Source: Gemmatimonadota bacterium (GTDB lineage Bacteria; Gemmatimonadota; Gemmatimonadetes; Palauibacterales; Palauibacteraceae). Taken from it: a stretch of DNA of 64,000 bases. The stretch's first letter is position 1; every line of letters starts with the position of its first letter. Position numbers and translations under genes: made by a program. Location of the stretch: contig JBHIAV010000001.1 in assembly GCA_046758745.1 (NCBI GenBank), forward strand, positions 59,511 through 123,510. Direction: 5' to 3'. The notes under the pieces were generated by a model. That model had not been told where the DNA came from, made no database searches, and saw only the letters and a list, made by a program, of their open reading frames with translations. Positions 36,848 through 47,636 of this stretch are shown one piece after another.

Positions 36848-38251
36848 TTGATCCTCCGGCAGATCCTCGAGTCGAAGCGGGTCGAGGTCGAAGAGCTTCG
36901 CGGTCGCGCCGCGGAGCTGGCGGAACGGGCCGCCGCCGGCCCGCCGGTCCGCGACTTTGCCGCGGCGGTGCGTAGGCGGGGGCGCGTGTCGGTGATCGCC
37001 GAGTTCAAGCGTCGCTCGCCTTCCGCTGGCGAGCTGGCTCCGCGGGCCGACGCGGGCCGGGTCGCCGCGGCCTACGAGGCGGGCGGCGCGGCGGCGATCT
37101 CCGTGCTCACCGACGCTCCCTGGTTCGGGGGCTCTCTCGAAGACCTCGCCGCAGCTCGCGCTGCCACTCGGCTTCCCGTTCTTCGGAAGGACTTCGTGCT
37201 GGACTCGCTCCAGGTCCTGGAGGCCCGGGCCCAAGGCGCCGATGCGATCCTCCTCATCGTCCGGCTGGTTGATGACACCCGGCTCGCGGAGCTGCTCGAT
37301 GTGGTTCGGAAGCAGGGGATGGCGGCGCTGGTGGAGGTGCACGAACCGGAGGAGCTGAAGCGCGCCCTGGCCGCCGGCGCCGAGCTCATCGGCGTGAACG
37401 CGCGTGACCTCTCGACCTTCGATGTGGATCTCGAGGCGAGCGCTGCGATCCTCCGCCGCGTTCCCCCGGAGCGGATCGCGGTGGCCGAGAGCGCGATACG
37501 GGGTCCGGAGGATGTGCGCCGCGCCGCGGCGGTGGGAGCGGACGCGGTGCTCGTCGGCGGTTGGCTGATGGAGCGTGACCCGGCCCGTGCCGTCTCCTCC
37601 CTGGTCGATGTGCCGAAGATCCCGGGAGTCAAGGTGTGCGGAATCCGCCGCGAGCGGGATGCGGCGGCCGCGGACGCCGCGGAGGTGGACTACGTCGGGT
37701 TCCTGTTCGGCGAGAGCCCGCGCCGCGTGACGGCCGCGCGGGCGAGCGCAATTGCGCGGGGGCTCCGGGCGCGTGCGGTCGGAGTGTTCGTGGACAGCGA
37801 GCCGGCGGAGATCATGCGGGTTCGCGAGGCGGTGCCGATCGAGGTCGCCCAGCTCCACGGCCGAGAAACGGTGCGCGAATGCGGGCTGCTGCGCGATGCA
37901 GGGCTTCGGGTGTGGAAGGCGATTCGCCCCCGGTCGCCGGCAGAGCTCCTGGAGCTCGCCGGTCGGTACGCCCCGATCGTCGATGGCCTCCTAGCCGAGG
38001 GGTTCTCCTCCCGCGCCGCCGGGGGGACGGCCACGCCGCTCCCCCTTGAATGGTGGGATGAGCTTCGCGACATCGCCGGCGGCGTGGCGGTCATCCTGGC
38101 CGGCGGGCTGACGCCGGAGAATGTGGCCGGGGCGGTGGCCGCGGCGCGCCCCGACCTGGTCGACGTGAGCAGCGGCGTGGAGCGCAGCCCGGGGGAGAAG
38201 GACGCGCGGCGCATCCGGGCCTTCGTCGATCGGGTGCGGGGCGGCGGTTGA
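36848..38251 (+). CDS. trpCF: bifunctional indole-3-glycerol phosphate synthase / phosphoribosylanthranilate isomerase
   Basis: [15 protein letters not shown] and GVNAR (TrpC), followed in frame by VKVCGI, QLHG, LAGGL and DVSSGVE (TrpF). Confidence 0.93.
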   Translation: MILRQILESKRVEVEELRGRAAELAERAAAGPPVRDFAAAVRRRGRVSVIAEFKRRSPSAGELAPRADAGRVAAAYEAGGAAAISVLTDAPWFGGSLEDLAAARAATRLPVLRKDFVLDSLQVLEARAQGADAILLIVRLVDDTRLAELLDVVRKQGMAALVEVHEPEELKRALAAGAELIGVNARDLSTFDVDLEASAAILRRVPPERIAVAESAIRGPEDVRRAAAVGADAVLVGGWLMERDPARAVSSLVDVPKIPGVKVCGIRRERDAAAADAAEVDYVGFLFGESPRRVTAARASAIARGLRARAVGVFVDSEPAEIMRVREAVPIEVAQLHGRETVRECGLLRDAGLRVWKAIRPRSPAELLELAGRYAPIVDGLLAEGFSSRAAGGTATPLPLEWWDELRDIAGGVAVILAGGLTPENVAGAVAAARPDLVDVSSGVERSPGEKDARRIRAFVDRVRGGG

Positions 38252-39492
38252 GCGCGGGTCCGCGGGACCGGTCGGCTGCGGGAGCGGGATCGCCGGAGGG
38301 GACGGAGCCGTCTGCCGCCGCGGCGATGGGGGAGCGCTTCGGCCCGTACGGCGGCCGCTACGTGCCCGAGACGCTCATCCCCGCGCTCGACGAGCTCGAG
38401 CGCGCGTTCCACGAGGCGATGGCCGATCCCTCCTTCGGCGCGGAGCTCGATCGTCTCCTCCGCTCCTACGCGGGCCGACCGACCCCGCTCTACCGGGCCG
38501 ACCGACTCTCGGCCGAGCTCGGGGGGCCCCGAGTGTGGCTGAAGCGTGAAGATCTCGCGCACACCGGTGCGCACAAGATCAACAACACGCTCGGCCAGGC
38601 GCTGCTCGCGCGCCGCATGGGGAAACGGCGCATCATCGCCGAGACGGGAGCCGGCCAGCACGGCGTAGCCACCGCCACCGCCTGCGCTCTCCTCGGGCTG
38701 GAGTGCGTGGTGTACATGGGGGAGGAGGACATGCGCCGGCAGGCGCTCAACGTCGAGCGAATGCGCCTGCTGGGAGCGGAGATACGACCGGTCTCGGCCG
38801 GCAGCCGCACGCTGAAGGACTCCACCAACGAGGCGATTCGCGACTGGGTCGACTCGGTGCGCACGACCCACTACGTGATCGGCTCGGTCGTCGGACCCGC
38901 TCCGTATCCTCGCATCGTGCGGGACTTCCAGCGGGTGATCGGCGACGAGGTGCGCCGCCAGATGGCCGAGCTGGGGACGTCTCCCGCCGCCGTCTTCGCC
39001 TGCGTCGGGGGCGGTTCCAACTCCATCGGGATCTTCACGGCCTTCCTGGAGGATGTCGGCGTCGAGCTCGTCGGAGTGGAGGCGGCCGGCGAGGGGCTGG
39101 AGACGGGGCGGCACGCCGCCTCCCTGCATGCGGGCCGGCCGGGCGTGCTGCACGGGTCGTACAGTTACCTGCTGCAGGACGAAGGCGGGCAGGTGAGGCC
39201 CGCGCACTCCGTCTCGGCCGGCCTGGACTATCCCGGGGTGGGTCCGGAACACTCATGGCTCCGGGACACCGGACGGGTCCGGTACGAAGCGGTGACCGAC
39301 TCGGAGGCGATCGACGCCTTCCGAACGCTGGCGAGGCTGGAGGGGATCATCCCGGCGCTCGAGCCGGCACACGCGATCGCCGCCCTCGCGCGCGAGGCGG
39401 AACGCTGGACGGAGCGCGCGGTGCTGGTCTGCCTGAGCGGTCGTGGCGACAAGGATGTCGCCGAGGTGAACCGGTTGGTGGGGGAGTGGTGA
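38248..39492 (+). CDS. trpB: tryptophan synthase beta chain
   Basis: [41 protein letters not shown]. Confidence 0.98.
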   Translation: MSAGPRDRSAAGAGSPEGTEPSAAAAMGERFGPYGGRYVPETLIPALDELERAFHEAMADPSFGAELDRLLRSYAGRPTPLYRADRLSAELGGPRVWLKREDLAHTGAHKINNTLGQALLARRMGKRRIIAETGAGQHGVATATACALLGLECVVYMGEEDMRRQALNVERMRLLGAEIRPVSAGSRTLKDSTNEAIRDWVDSVRTTHYVIGSVVGPAPYPRIVRDFQRVIGDEVRRQMAELGTSPAAVFACVGGGSNSIGIFTAFLEDVGVELVGVEAAGEGLETGRHAASLHAGRPGVLHGSYSYLLQDEGGQVRPAHSVSAGLDYPGVGPEHSWLRDTGRVRYEAVTDSEAIDAFRTLARLEGIIPALEPAHAIAALAREAERWTERAVLVCLSGRGDKDVAEVNRLVGEW

Positions 39493-40304
39493 GCCGTTCC
39501 CGCGCCGCCGGAGCGGGATCGCCCGGCCGGCTCACGGCGGTGTTCAGCGAGGGAGCGCGCGCGGGCCGGCGTGCCTTCATCCCGTATCTGACGCACGGCT
39601 ATCCGACCCCGGCGGACACGCCCCGCCTTCTGGAGCGACTGGCTGAAACGGGCGCCGACGTGATCGAGCTCGGGGTGCCGTTCAGCGATCCCCTGGCCGA
39701 TGGGCCGACGATCCAGCGGGCGAGCTGGGAGGCCCTCGGGCAAGGGGTCACGCTGGAGGGGTCGCTCCGGCTGATCGCCGAGATGGCCGATGCGCTCCCG
39801 CCGATCGTGCTCTTCTCGTACCTGAACCCGATTCTCGGGATGGGGCTGGATCGTTTCTGCGAGAGCGCCTCGGCCGCGGGTGTGGCGGGGATCCTCGTCA
39901 CCGACCTGCCGGTCGGGGCGGACCCGGAGCGGGAGGGCAGGCTCGCGGCTGCCGGCCCGGAGTTCATCCGTCTGGCGGCGCCGACCACGAGCCAGGCGCG
40001 GCTGGAGGAGATCGCGCGCCGCGCGTCCGGCTTCCTCTACTACATCTCCCGTACGGGCGTGACGGGGTCGCGCCCCTCGCTGGCCGGCGGGCTGGCGGAG
40101 GAAGTGGCCCGCCTTCGGAGGCGCGTGAGGCTCCCGGTGGCCGTGGGTTTCGGGATCTCTACCCCGGGACAGGCGCGAGAGGTGGCCGGGGTGGCCGACG
40201 GGGTGGTCGTCGGCTCGGCGCTCATCGAAGCGCTGGAGCGGGGGGAGAGCGGGTTCGTGGAGCTGGCGACGTCGCTCGCGGAGGCGGTGCATGAGGTCGG
40301 ATGA
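39489..40304 (+). CDS. trpA: tryptophan synthase alpha chain
   Basis: [39 protein letters not shown] overlap with trpB. Confidence 0.97.
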   Translation: MSRSRAAGAGSPGRLTAVFSEGARAGRRAFIPYLTHGYPTPADTPRLLERLAETGADVIELGVPFSDPLADGPTIQRASWEALGQGVTLEGSLRLIAEMADALPPIVLFSYLNPILGMGLDRFCESASAAGVAGILVTDLPVGADPEREGRLAAAGPEFIRLAAPTTSQARLEEIARRASGFLYYISRTGVTGSRPSLAGGLAEEVARLRRRVRLPVAVGFGISTPGQAREVAGVADGVVVGSALIEALERGESGFVELATSLAEAVHEVG

Positions 40305-43300
40305 GCTCCGCCGGCTCAGGCGGGTCTCGTCGGGGAGCGGCGCCCGGCCTCCGGTGCGTCGGGGGGCCCGATGGGTGGGCGCGAAGCCCATGCGGCCGCT
40401 GGCCGTGAGGCACGGCCACCGAGGATGGGCCTGCGCGGGTTCGAGCCAGGCATGGCCTCGCCTGGGACGTCCCGAGGCGCTCGCCTTCGCGGCGATGCTC
40501 GCCGGCCTGCCGGCCGGGGCGGAGGCGCAGGAGGTGAGGGTCGATCGGGCCGTGCGGACCGCCCTGGTCGAGGCGGGGCCCGGGGAGCGGGTCCCGATCC
40601 TCATCGAGTACGAGGCCGGCGAGTTGCCCGTTCTCTCGCGGGTGGACGGGCTCCAGCGGCGCGCGGCGGCCGTCCTGGCGCCTCTCGCGGCGCTGGAGGG
40701 TCCGGGGCTCGAGGTGCGCGAGCGCTTCTGGATTGTTCCGGCCGCGGCAGCCGAGGCCGACGCTGAAGCGGTGGAGGCGCTCGCGAGCCAGCCCGGTGTG
40801 CGGCGGGTTTACCTCAACGAGCGGTTGCCGGTGACCCTGGAGCCGGCCTCTTCGGTGACAGTCCCACCCGCCTTCACCTCCGACGCGATGCGCACGATCG
40901 GGGCGGACGCCGTATGGATGAACGGGATCACCGGTGAGGGGGTCACGGTCGCGCTGTTCGACACCGGGGTGGACGGGGAGAACGCGATGCTGGCTTCTCG
41001 CTGGCGCGGCCTTCGCACGGGAAGCCGCGCGAGCTGGTTCGATCCGTTCCGTCGCGCCTCGGCGCCCCAGGACCTGATCGGGCACGGCACGCAGGTGGCA
41101 GTGACCATGGCGGGGGCGCTGCCGGCGGGGGACACGCTGATACTCGCCGATGGCACGCGCATCGTCGCGGTCTCCGATGTGGATGTGGTGACGGGGACCG
41201 CGCCGCGCGCCGAGTGGATGGCCGCCCGCATCTTCGACACGTTCGGCGGGGGCCTGTTCACCCGGCGCTCCGTCATCCTCCAGGCCTTCCAGTGGGCGAT
41301 GGACCCCGACGGCAGCCCGCTGACCGATGACGCCCCCGATGTGATCAACAACAGCTGGGGGATCATCGGCGACCCCGAGATGTTCGACCAGTGCAACGAC
41401 GTGATCTTCTCGGCGATCGATGCGGCCGAGGCGGCCGGAATCGCCGTGGTTTTCGCGGCAGGCAACGCGGGTCCGGCGAGCGGGTCGATACAGGCGCCCG
41501 CGGGCCGCGACGACCCGGAGCTCCGCAGCTTCGCGGTCGGCGCCACCTCGGGGACGGATACCGACGTGAGCGTGGCGAGCTTCAGCGGGCGCGGGCCGTC
41601 CCCGTGCGGCGGCGGGATCAAGCCGGAGATCGTGGCGCCGGGCACCGTGCCGGAGGTGCGGGCGGCGGGCCGCCGGGCCGCGCGGCTCACCGGCTTCGGC
41701 GTTCAGGGTACCTCCTTCTCTTCCCCGCAGGTGGCAGGCGCTCTGGCCCTGATCAAGCAGCTTCGTCCGACGATCACTCCCGAGCAGGCGAAGCGGTTTC
41801 TCCTCCAGACGGCACGTGACATCGAGGCGCCGGGGGCCGACAACGATGCGGGCTTCGGACTTCTGGACGTCCCGGCGGCCGTCCAGCGCGCGGCCGTCTC
41901 CTTCGCCGGAAGCTTCCTCCAGGTCGCCGGGGTACGGCTCGCGCCGAGCGAGGCGTACATCACCCTCGCCAACCGTGGGAACCGGGAGTGGCCGGGCGGA
42001 CGCCTGGAGGTCTCCGGCCCGAGGGGGATTCGCTCCGAACGGGACATCGGTCCTCTCGGGCCGGGGAGGAGCCGGGGCTTCCGGATCCCCTTCCAGGTCG
42101 GGGAATGGGAGGGACGGCTCGCCGTTCTCGTCACGGCGTACGACCTGTCGGGTGGCATCGCTCTCTCCCGCGCCGTTCTGCTGGCCCCCCCGAACCAGTT
42201 CGGAGGCTTCGTCCTGGCGGAGAGGGGGTTTCGGGCGAGCGGGAACGACTTCGGTCGCCTCGGCCGCATCGCCCGCGTGCCCGGTTTCGAGTGGCAGGGC
42301 GAGGAGCTGTTGCCGGCGGGCTCTTTCTTCGTGGCCGGAGCCGGGCTGCTTTCCGACGGGATCTATGCGACCGTGCAGGGTCAGCCCGAGTTGAAGAGCC
42401 AGCCTCCGGCGGCCGAGACGGACTGGGCTCCCGTGCGCGGCCTCACGGATGTGGGCGAGAGCACGGCGGACGTGCGCTTCGATGATTTCGAGGCCCTCAA
42501 GCCTATCGGACTGCAGGTGGACGCCCGGCTCCGTGTCTCCCAGGAAGGGGGGGTCGGCGCGCTCGCCATCACCGCCCTCATCACGAACGCGAGCGGAGTT
42601 CGGATTCCCGACGTCGTGCCCGGCGTGTTTGCGGACTGGGATCTCCCGGGGGGCGAGCGGCTCCGCTGGTCGGCGGAGCTCGAGGCGTTCATCACGGAGC
42701 CCCGCGGCGCCGGCGGGCCGATCACCCTGCTCGCCGCCGACACGACGCCCGTCGGAATGGCCGACGTGCCCCTCGGCACACCCGGGGCCTCGGGTTTCTA
42801 CGAGATCGCGAGCGGAGTCCTGGCGGATGACGAGTTCGACGAGGCCGTGAAGCTCGACCTGGCCCGGGGCGGGTCGGACGACGGCCTGCCGGGCGCCGGC
42901 ATCGCGACCGACCGGGCCCCGCTGCTCAGCGCCGGCCCCTTCGATATCGCGGCAGGATCGAGCGCGCTCGTCCGCTTCTGGCTGCTCGTCTCACAGAGCG
43001 AGGAGGCGGCAGCGACACGCCTGGCCCAGCTTCGGGCCGAGCCCCCCGAGCCACCCTCCCTGGCCGAGGAGTTCGTGGCTCTGCCGCCGTTCCCGAACCC
43101 CCTCCGTGTCGGCGTGGGAGCCATCACCTTCCCGTTCGAGCTGCCGGCCTCCATGCGCCGGCCGGGCGCGGTGATGCGCTTTGAGCTGTACGACGTGGCG
43201 GGCCGACTGCTCGTGGAGCGGCGCATCCCGGTCGATCCGTCTTCCTCGCTCGTCGCGCCCCGCTGGGATGGCCGCCTGGCCGGAGGGAGGAAGGCCGCCG

Positions 43301-43371
43301 CCGGAGTTTACCTCTTCGTCTTCCGACTCGCGGGCGAGGCGCGCTCCGGTCGGATCCTGCTCCTCCGCTGA
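40291..43371 (+). CDS. secreted S8 (subtilisin-like) peptidase with C-terminal FlgD-Ig/T9SS-type-A-like domain (start uncertain)
   Basis: Catalytic triad motifs FDTG, GHGT and GTSFSSP, plus FAAGN. The C-terminus reads PFPNP..YDVAGR..WDG..AAGVYL..ILLLR. Confidence 0.88.
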   Translation: MRSDELRRLRRVSSGSGARPPVRRGARWVGAKPMRPLAVRHGHRGWACAGSSQAWPRLGRPEALAFAAMLAGLPAGAEAQEVRVDRAVRTALVEAGPGERVPILIEYEAGELPVLSRVDGLQRRAAAVLAPLAALEGPGLEVRERFWIVPAAAAEADAEAVEALASQPGVRRVYLNERLPVTLEPASSVTVPPAFTSDAMRTIGADAVWMNGITGEGVTVALFDTGVDGENAMLASRWRGLRTGSRASWFDPFRRASAPQDLIGHGTQVAVTMAGALPAGDTLILADGTRIVAVSDVDVVTGTAPRAEWMAARIFDTFGGGLFTRRSVILQAFQWAMDPDGSPLTDDAPDVINNSWGIIGDPEMFDQCNDVIFSAIDAAEAAGIAVVFAAGNAGPASGSIQAPAGRDDPELRSFAVGATSGTDTDVSVASFSGRGPSPCGGGIKPEIVAPGTVPEVRAAGRRAARLTGFGVQGTSFSSPQVAGALALIKQLRPTITPEQAKRFLLQTARDIEAPGADNDAGFGLLDVPAAVQRAAVSFAGSFLQVAGVRLAPSEAYITLANRGNREWPGGRLEVSGPRGIRSERDIGPLGPGRSRGFRIPFQVGEWEGRLAVLVTAYDLSGGIALSRAVLLAPPNQFGGFVLAERGFRASGNDFGRLGRIARVPGFEWQGEELLPAGSFFVAGAGLLSDGIYATVQGQPELKSQPPAAETDWAPVRGLTDVGESTADVRFDDFEALKPIGLQVDARLRVSQEGGVGALAITALITNASGVRIPDVVPGVFADWDLPGGERLRWSAELEAFITEPRGAGGPITLLAADTTPVGMADVPLGTPGASGFYEIASGVLADDEFDEAVKLDLARGGSDDGLPGAGIATDRAPLLSAGPFDIAAGSSALVRFWLLVSQSEEAAATRLAQLRAEPPEPPSLAEEFVALPPFPNPLRVGVGAITFPFELPASMRRPGAVMRFELYDVAGRLLVERRIPVDPSSSLVAPRWDGRLAGGRKAAAGVYLFVFRLAGEARSGRILLLR

Positions 43372-43452
43372 GATGATCGGGCCGAGCACGGCTTCGCTCA
43401 GCTCGCTCGCCCTCCTGCGGCCGCTCCCACCGCGCCGGTACAGCCGGGCGGC

Positions 43453-45174
43453 TCAGCCTTGCGCCTTCAGGCGCTTCAGCACGGCGGGATCCGGCTCGAC
43501 GAAGAGGGTCTTCACCCGCTCCGGGATGACGGCCCCCGGCGGCGCCTTCCGCGGCTTCCGGACATGCTTCCGGCGGGTCCAGTCCACCGCCACGGTGCCG
43601 CTGTGTCGGGCCTCGCTGTTCAGCGCCGCCGCGACGGCGGCCTCGATGAGATCTCGCTGGGGTGGGTTCTCCTCTCGCCGGTCCCAGCGGAGGATGACGT
43701 GCGCCCCTCTGACCTGTCGCGCATGCAGCCAGATGTCCTCCGGCGAGGCGTGGTGGAAGGTGAGCTCGTCGTTGGCGCGGGCTCCCCTGCCGACCCGGAT
43801 CTCCAGGCCGCCGGTGGAGCGCAGCCGGCGGTACGGCAGGGTAGCGGAGACTTCGTCCCGTGTGGCCTCCGGCGCCTCGGGTCTCCCGCCGGCCAGCCGC
43901 CACAGCTCTTCGCTCGGGCCGCTCGCCACGACCGCCTCCAGGCCGGAGCGTACAAGCGTGACCTCTTCGCTGGCGCGCGCGAACTCCCGCGGCAGCAGCC
44001 GAGCCGCCCGCTCCCGTCGGCGCGCCGCCGCGTAGTAGCGCTCCGCGTTCTCGACCGGGCCGAGCGCCGGATCGAGCTCGATTTCCACGGATCCGCCATC
44101 GTATCCGGGAAGGGTCGCCCGGGGCGCGCCTCGTCGCACCGCCCCCTGGTGGGCGAGGAGCAGGTGACCCATCCGCCTCAGGTGGTCCGCATCGGGTCCG
44201 CCGAGCTCCCGTTCGAGCGCCGCGCGCCGCCGCTCCAGCCTTCGGAGGCGCCTCTCGAGTGCCCGTTGCAGGGCGCCCGCCTCCGCGTCGGTCGCTAGCG
44301 CGCCGGGGCGTGGCGTGGCAGCGCCCGCCCGGTGCTCCGGGGGCCAGGCGCCCGCGTGCTTCGCCGCGTGCTCCATCGCCTCCAGAAGAGAGCCGGCCGG
44401 AGTCGCTCCGGCTTCGCCGAGGCTCGAAGGGTAGGGCTGGCGTCCCCACCGACGCTCGAGCAACCAGCCACCGCTGACCCCCGCGCGTGGCCGGCCGGCA
44501 CCCACCGCCTCTCGCAGCCCGAGAAACCTTTCGTGCGAACCGCGCAGCACGTCGCCGTCGGTGGAAGAGGCGGCGTCGGCGAGGATGGCATCCACGTTGA
44601 TGCCGCTCGACCAGCCCACCTCGCGAAGCGCGAGGGCGCGGCGCTCCGAGGGGGGCACCGGCTCGAAGAGCCGCACCCACTCGTCGAGGGCCGGAGGGGA
44701 ACCGATCCAGCGTCTGCTCGACGCAGGCGCACGGTACGGCGCGCCGGGCTTCACCGGCCGAGAGCCGACCGTGCCCGTGCGCAGTGCGGCCTCAATGCGG
44801 TTCGTCGCGGCGGCGACCAGCAGCACGTTCCGGCGGTTCGGGCGCAGCTCCGCCATCACCCGGTAGGTCGGCTCTCCTCCCGACGGGCCGACAGAAAGGA
44901 TGAGAAGCCGCTCGTCGGGGGGCGTTCGGCAGTCGAGGAGCCGAAGGCGGCGGAACGGGAAGACCTCTCCCTGCACGGCGCCGGCCGCTCCGCCGAGCAG
45001 GTAGCCGCTGGAGGGGTGCAGGAGGAGGTGGAGCGCGTCGCCGTCGGCGAAGAGCAGCGAGGCCGAGTCCCGGTCGCGGCCGAGGACCAGGGCACGCACC
45101 CCGGAGCCCGTCCATCGGACCTCGATCTCCGCCGCCAGACAGGCCGTCAGGATGGGGTCGTAGCGCACCGACAT
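43453..45174 (-). CDS. rqcH: NFACT family / ribosome quality control protein RqcH (Rqc2/FbpA)
   Basis: IELDP..ENAERYY, VGRGARANDELT and the NFACT-R motif DIWLHARQVRGAHVIL, plus KPRKAPPGAV. Confidence 0.85.
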   Translation of the reverse strand: MSVRYDPILTACLAAEIEVRWTGSGVRALVLGRDRDSASLLFADGDALHLLLHPSSGYLLGGAAGAVQGEVFPFRRLRLLDCRTPPDERLLILSVGPSGGEPTYRVMAELRPNRRNVLLVAAATNRIEAALRTGTVGSRPVKPGAPYRAPASSRRWIGSPPALDEWVRLFEPVPPSERRALALREVGWSSGINVDAILADAASSTDGDVLRGSHERFLGLREAVGAGRPRAGVSGGWLLERRWGRQPYPSSLGEAGATPAGSLLEAMEHAAKHAGAWPPEHRAGAATPRPGALATDAEAGALQRALERRLRRLERRRAALERELGGPDADHLRRMGHLLLAHQGAVRRGAPRATLPGYDGGSVEIELDPALGPVENAERYYAAARRRERAARLLPREFARASEEVTLVRSGLEAVVASGPSEELWRLAGGRPEAPEATRDEVSATLPYRRLRSTGGLEIRVGRGARANDELTFHHASPEDIWLHARQVRGAHVILRWDRREENPPQRDLIEAAVAAALNSEARHSGTVAVDWTRRKHVRKPRKAPPGAVIPERVKTLFVEPDPAVLKRLKAQG

Positions 45175-45362
45175 CGCGTTCCTCTCGTCTCTGTACCGCC
45201 GCGCCGAATCCCCTGCCCGCACGGCCCGACATTCCATCCCACCCCGCAAACCCACGCGCGCCGTCCTCCTGCCGCCGCGCCCGACCCTTTCGCTGGTGTG
45301 GGAGGGTGCCGCCGGTATATTGATGCGAGCACGAAGAAGCTTCCACCCGAGACCGAGCGTCC

Positions 45363-46199
45363 GTGTCCTCCACTTCGCAGCCCGGAAGCGAGCGCCGCCG
45401 GGTCACGACTCGGCATTTCTACGAGATGAAGGAGCGGGGCGAGAAGATCGCCGTGCTCACCTGCTACGATCACCTGTTCGCTCGCATCCTGGAGGCCTCG
45501 GCCGTGGACGCGGTGCTGGTCGGCGACTCCGTGGGCCAGGTGATCCTCGGCTATCCCTCCACTCTCCCGGTCACGCTCGAGGAGATGCTCCATCACGCTT
45601 CGGCGGTGCGGCGCGGCCTGAACGGCCCGCTCCTGATCGTCGACATGCCCTTCCTCAGCTACCAGGTCAGCGACGAGGACGCGCTGCGCAATGCGGGGCG
45701 CGTGCTGAAGGAGAGCGGGGCGGAGGCCGTGAAGCTCGAGGGGGGAGGGGAGGCGGTCCTCGGCCGCGTGCGCGCCCTGGTGACGGCGGGGATCCCCGTG
45801 ATGGGCCACGTCGGACTCACGCCCCAGTCGGTCCACCAGTTCGGGGGGTACATGTTGCGGGGCCGCAGGGAGGAAGAGGCGGATCGCATCGTGCGGGAAT
45901 CGCGCGCGCTCGAAGAAGCCGGCTGTTTCAGCCTCGTACTCGAGATGGTGCCCTCCCGGCTGGCGGCCCGGGTGACGGAGTCGGTGGGGATCGCCACGAT
46001 CGGGATCGGCGCCGGGCCGCACTGCGACGGCCAGGTGCTTGTTCTGCCGGACATGCTGGGGCTGAACGAGGGATTCCAGCCCCGCTTCCTTCGCCGCTTC
46101 GCCGAGCTCGGCGAAGCGGCACGCTCCGCCGTCGAGGAGTTCGTGCGGGCCGTTCGCGCCGGCGACTACCCCTCCGAATCCGAGTCGTATGACGCCTGA
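45363..46199 (+). CDS. panB: 3-methyl-2-oxobutanoate hydroxymethyltransferase
   Basis: LVGDS, DMPF, VKLEGG, GHVGLTPQ, IGIGAG..DGQVLV. Confidence 0.97.
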   Translation: MSSTSQPGSERRRVTTRHFYEMKERGEKIAVLTCYDHLFARILEASAVDAVLVGDSVGQVILGYPSTLPVTLEEMLHHASAVRRGLNGPLLIVDMPFLSYQVSDEDALRNAGRVLKESGAEAVKLEGGGEAVLGRVRALVTAGIPVMGHVGLTPQSVHQFGGYMLRGRREEEADRIVRESRALEEAGCFSLVLEMVPSRLAARVTESVGIATIGIGAGPHCDGQVLVLPDMLGLNEGFQPRFLRRFAELGEAARSAVEEFVRAVRAGDYPSESESYDA

Positions 46200-47064
46200 G
46201 GCGGTGGCGGCGCGGGTCGTCAGCTCGTCCGCCGAGATGCGCTCCGAGGTCGAGGGGAGCCGGCGCGCGGGACGCTCCGTCGCCTTCGTGCCGACGATGG
46301 GCTACCTGCACGAGGGCCACCTCAGCCTGGTGGACGTGGCACGCCGGCATGCGGACGAGGTGTGTCTATCGGTGTTCGTCAACCCGACGCAGTTCGGGCC
46401 CGGCGAGGACTTCGACAGGTACCCCCGCGACCTGGAGCGGGATGTGAGCCTCGCCGCGGAGCGCGGGGTCCGATGGGTGTTCGCCCCCTCCCGGTCGGAG
46501 ATATACCCGCACGCGCAGACGGTGTGGGTGGATCCCGGGCCCCTCGCGGAGCGGCTGTGCGGGCGGACGCGACCCGGTCACTTCCGCGGCGTGCTTACGG
46601 TCGTCCTGAAGCTCTTAGAGATCGTGCGTCCGGACGTGGCCGTCTTCGGCCGAAAGGACTTCCAACAGTCCGTCCTCATCCGCCGGATGGTGGAGGAGTT
46701 CGCTCTTCCCATCCGGGTCGAAGTCGCGCCGATCGTTCGTGAACGGGACGGGCTGGCCCTCAGCTCGCGCAACGCGTACCTGAGCGGCAAGGAACGGGCT
46801 CGCGCCCTCTCCCTCTCCAGGGCCCTCCGTCGCGTCCGGGCGGAGTTCGCGGCGGGTGCTGCAGATGCCTCTTCCCTCGCCGCGCTGGCGCGCCGAGTGC
46901 TCGTCGAAGGCGGGGTGCGCGTCGACTACGTCGAGATCGTGGACCCCGTGCGCCTCGATCCCGTCGACACGGCGGAGCCGAGCTCGATGTGTGTGCTCGC
47001 CGGCTACGTCGGCCCCACGCGCCTCATCGACAACGCACCGCTGGGGGAACCGTGCAGTCTGTGA
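46189..47064 (+). CDS. panC: pantoate--beta-alanine ligase
   Basis: VPTMGYLHEGH, FVNPTQF, RPGHFRGV, GLALSSRN, RLIDN. Confidence 0.97.
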   Translation: MTPEAVAARVVSSSAEMRSEVEGSRRAGRSVAFVPTMGYLHEGHLSLVDVARRHADEVCLSVFVNPTQFGPGEDFDRYPRDLERDVSLAAERGVRWVFAPSRSEIYPHAQTVWVDPGPLAERLCGRTRPGHFRGVLTVVLKLLEIVRPDVAVFGRKDFQQSVLIRRMVEEFALPIRVEVAPIVRERDGLALSSRNAYLSGKERARALSLSRALRRVRAEFAAGAADASSLAALARRVLVEGGVRVDYVEIVDPVRLDPVDTAEPSSMCVLAGYVGPTRLIDNAPLGEPCSL

Positions 47065-47636
47065 AGGATGGCTTCCACCCGATCGTGGCCGCGGCGGGAG
47101 AACGCGGCGAGCTGCCGGAGTGGGCGCGCTGCGGACTGGAGCGCCGGGGCCACGCCGAGCGGGTCGCGAGGCTCATGGGCCAGTGGGCGGCGGCGAACGG
47201 CGCCTCCGAGAAGGAGCGCGTGCGATGGCGGGCGGTGGGTCTCCTTCACGACGCTCTCCGCGATGCGCGATCGGAAGAGCTGCGTCGTCTGACCGACGCC
47301 CCGTGGCCGGTTCACCTGCTGCACGCCCCGGCCTGCGCGGCCCGGCTGCGGGACGCCGGGGTCGGCGATGAAGAGCTGCTGCAGGCTGTCGAGTATCACA
47401 GCATCGGGCATCGGAATTTCGGCGATCTCGGAGAATACCTGTATCTGGCGGACTTCCTGGAACCCGGGCGCGAGTTCCTGCGCGAGGAACGCGCCTCGCT
47501 CCGGGCTCGCCTTCCTGCGGAGCGGAGAGACGTGCTGGCCACGGTGATCGCGCTCCGCATGAAGAGGGTTCTCGACAAGAAGCGCGCTATGCTCCCGGAG
47601 AGCGTCCACTTCTGGAACCGGGTGGTCGGATCGTGA
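47061..47636 (+). CDS. HD-domain protein, YqeK-like (Ap4A hydrolase family)
   Basis: H..RVA, GLLHD, LHA, YHS, YLADFLEPGR. GTGA overlap with panC. Confidence 0.8.
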   Translation: MKDGFHPIVAAAGERGELPEWARCGLERRGHAERVARLMGQWAAANGASEKERVRWRAVGLLHDALRDARSEELRRLTDAPWPVHLLHAPACAARLRDAGVGDEELLQAVEYHSIGHRNFGDLGEYLYLADFLEPGREFLREERASLRARLPAERRDVLATVIALRMKRVLDKKRAMLPESVHFWNRVVGS

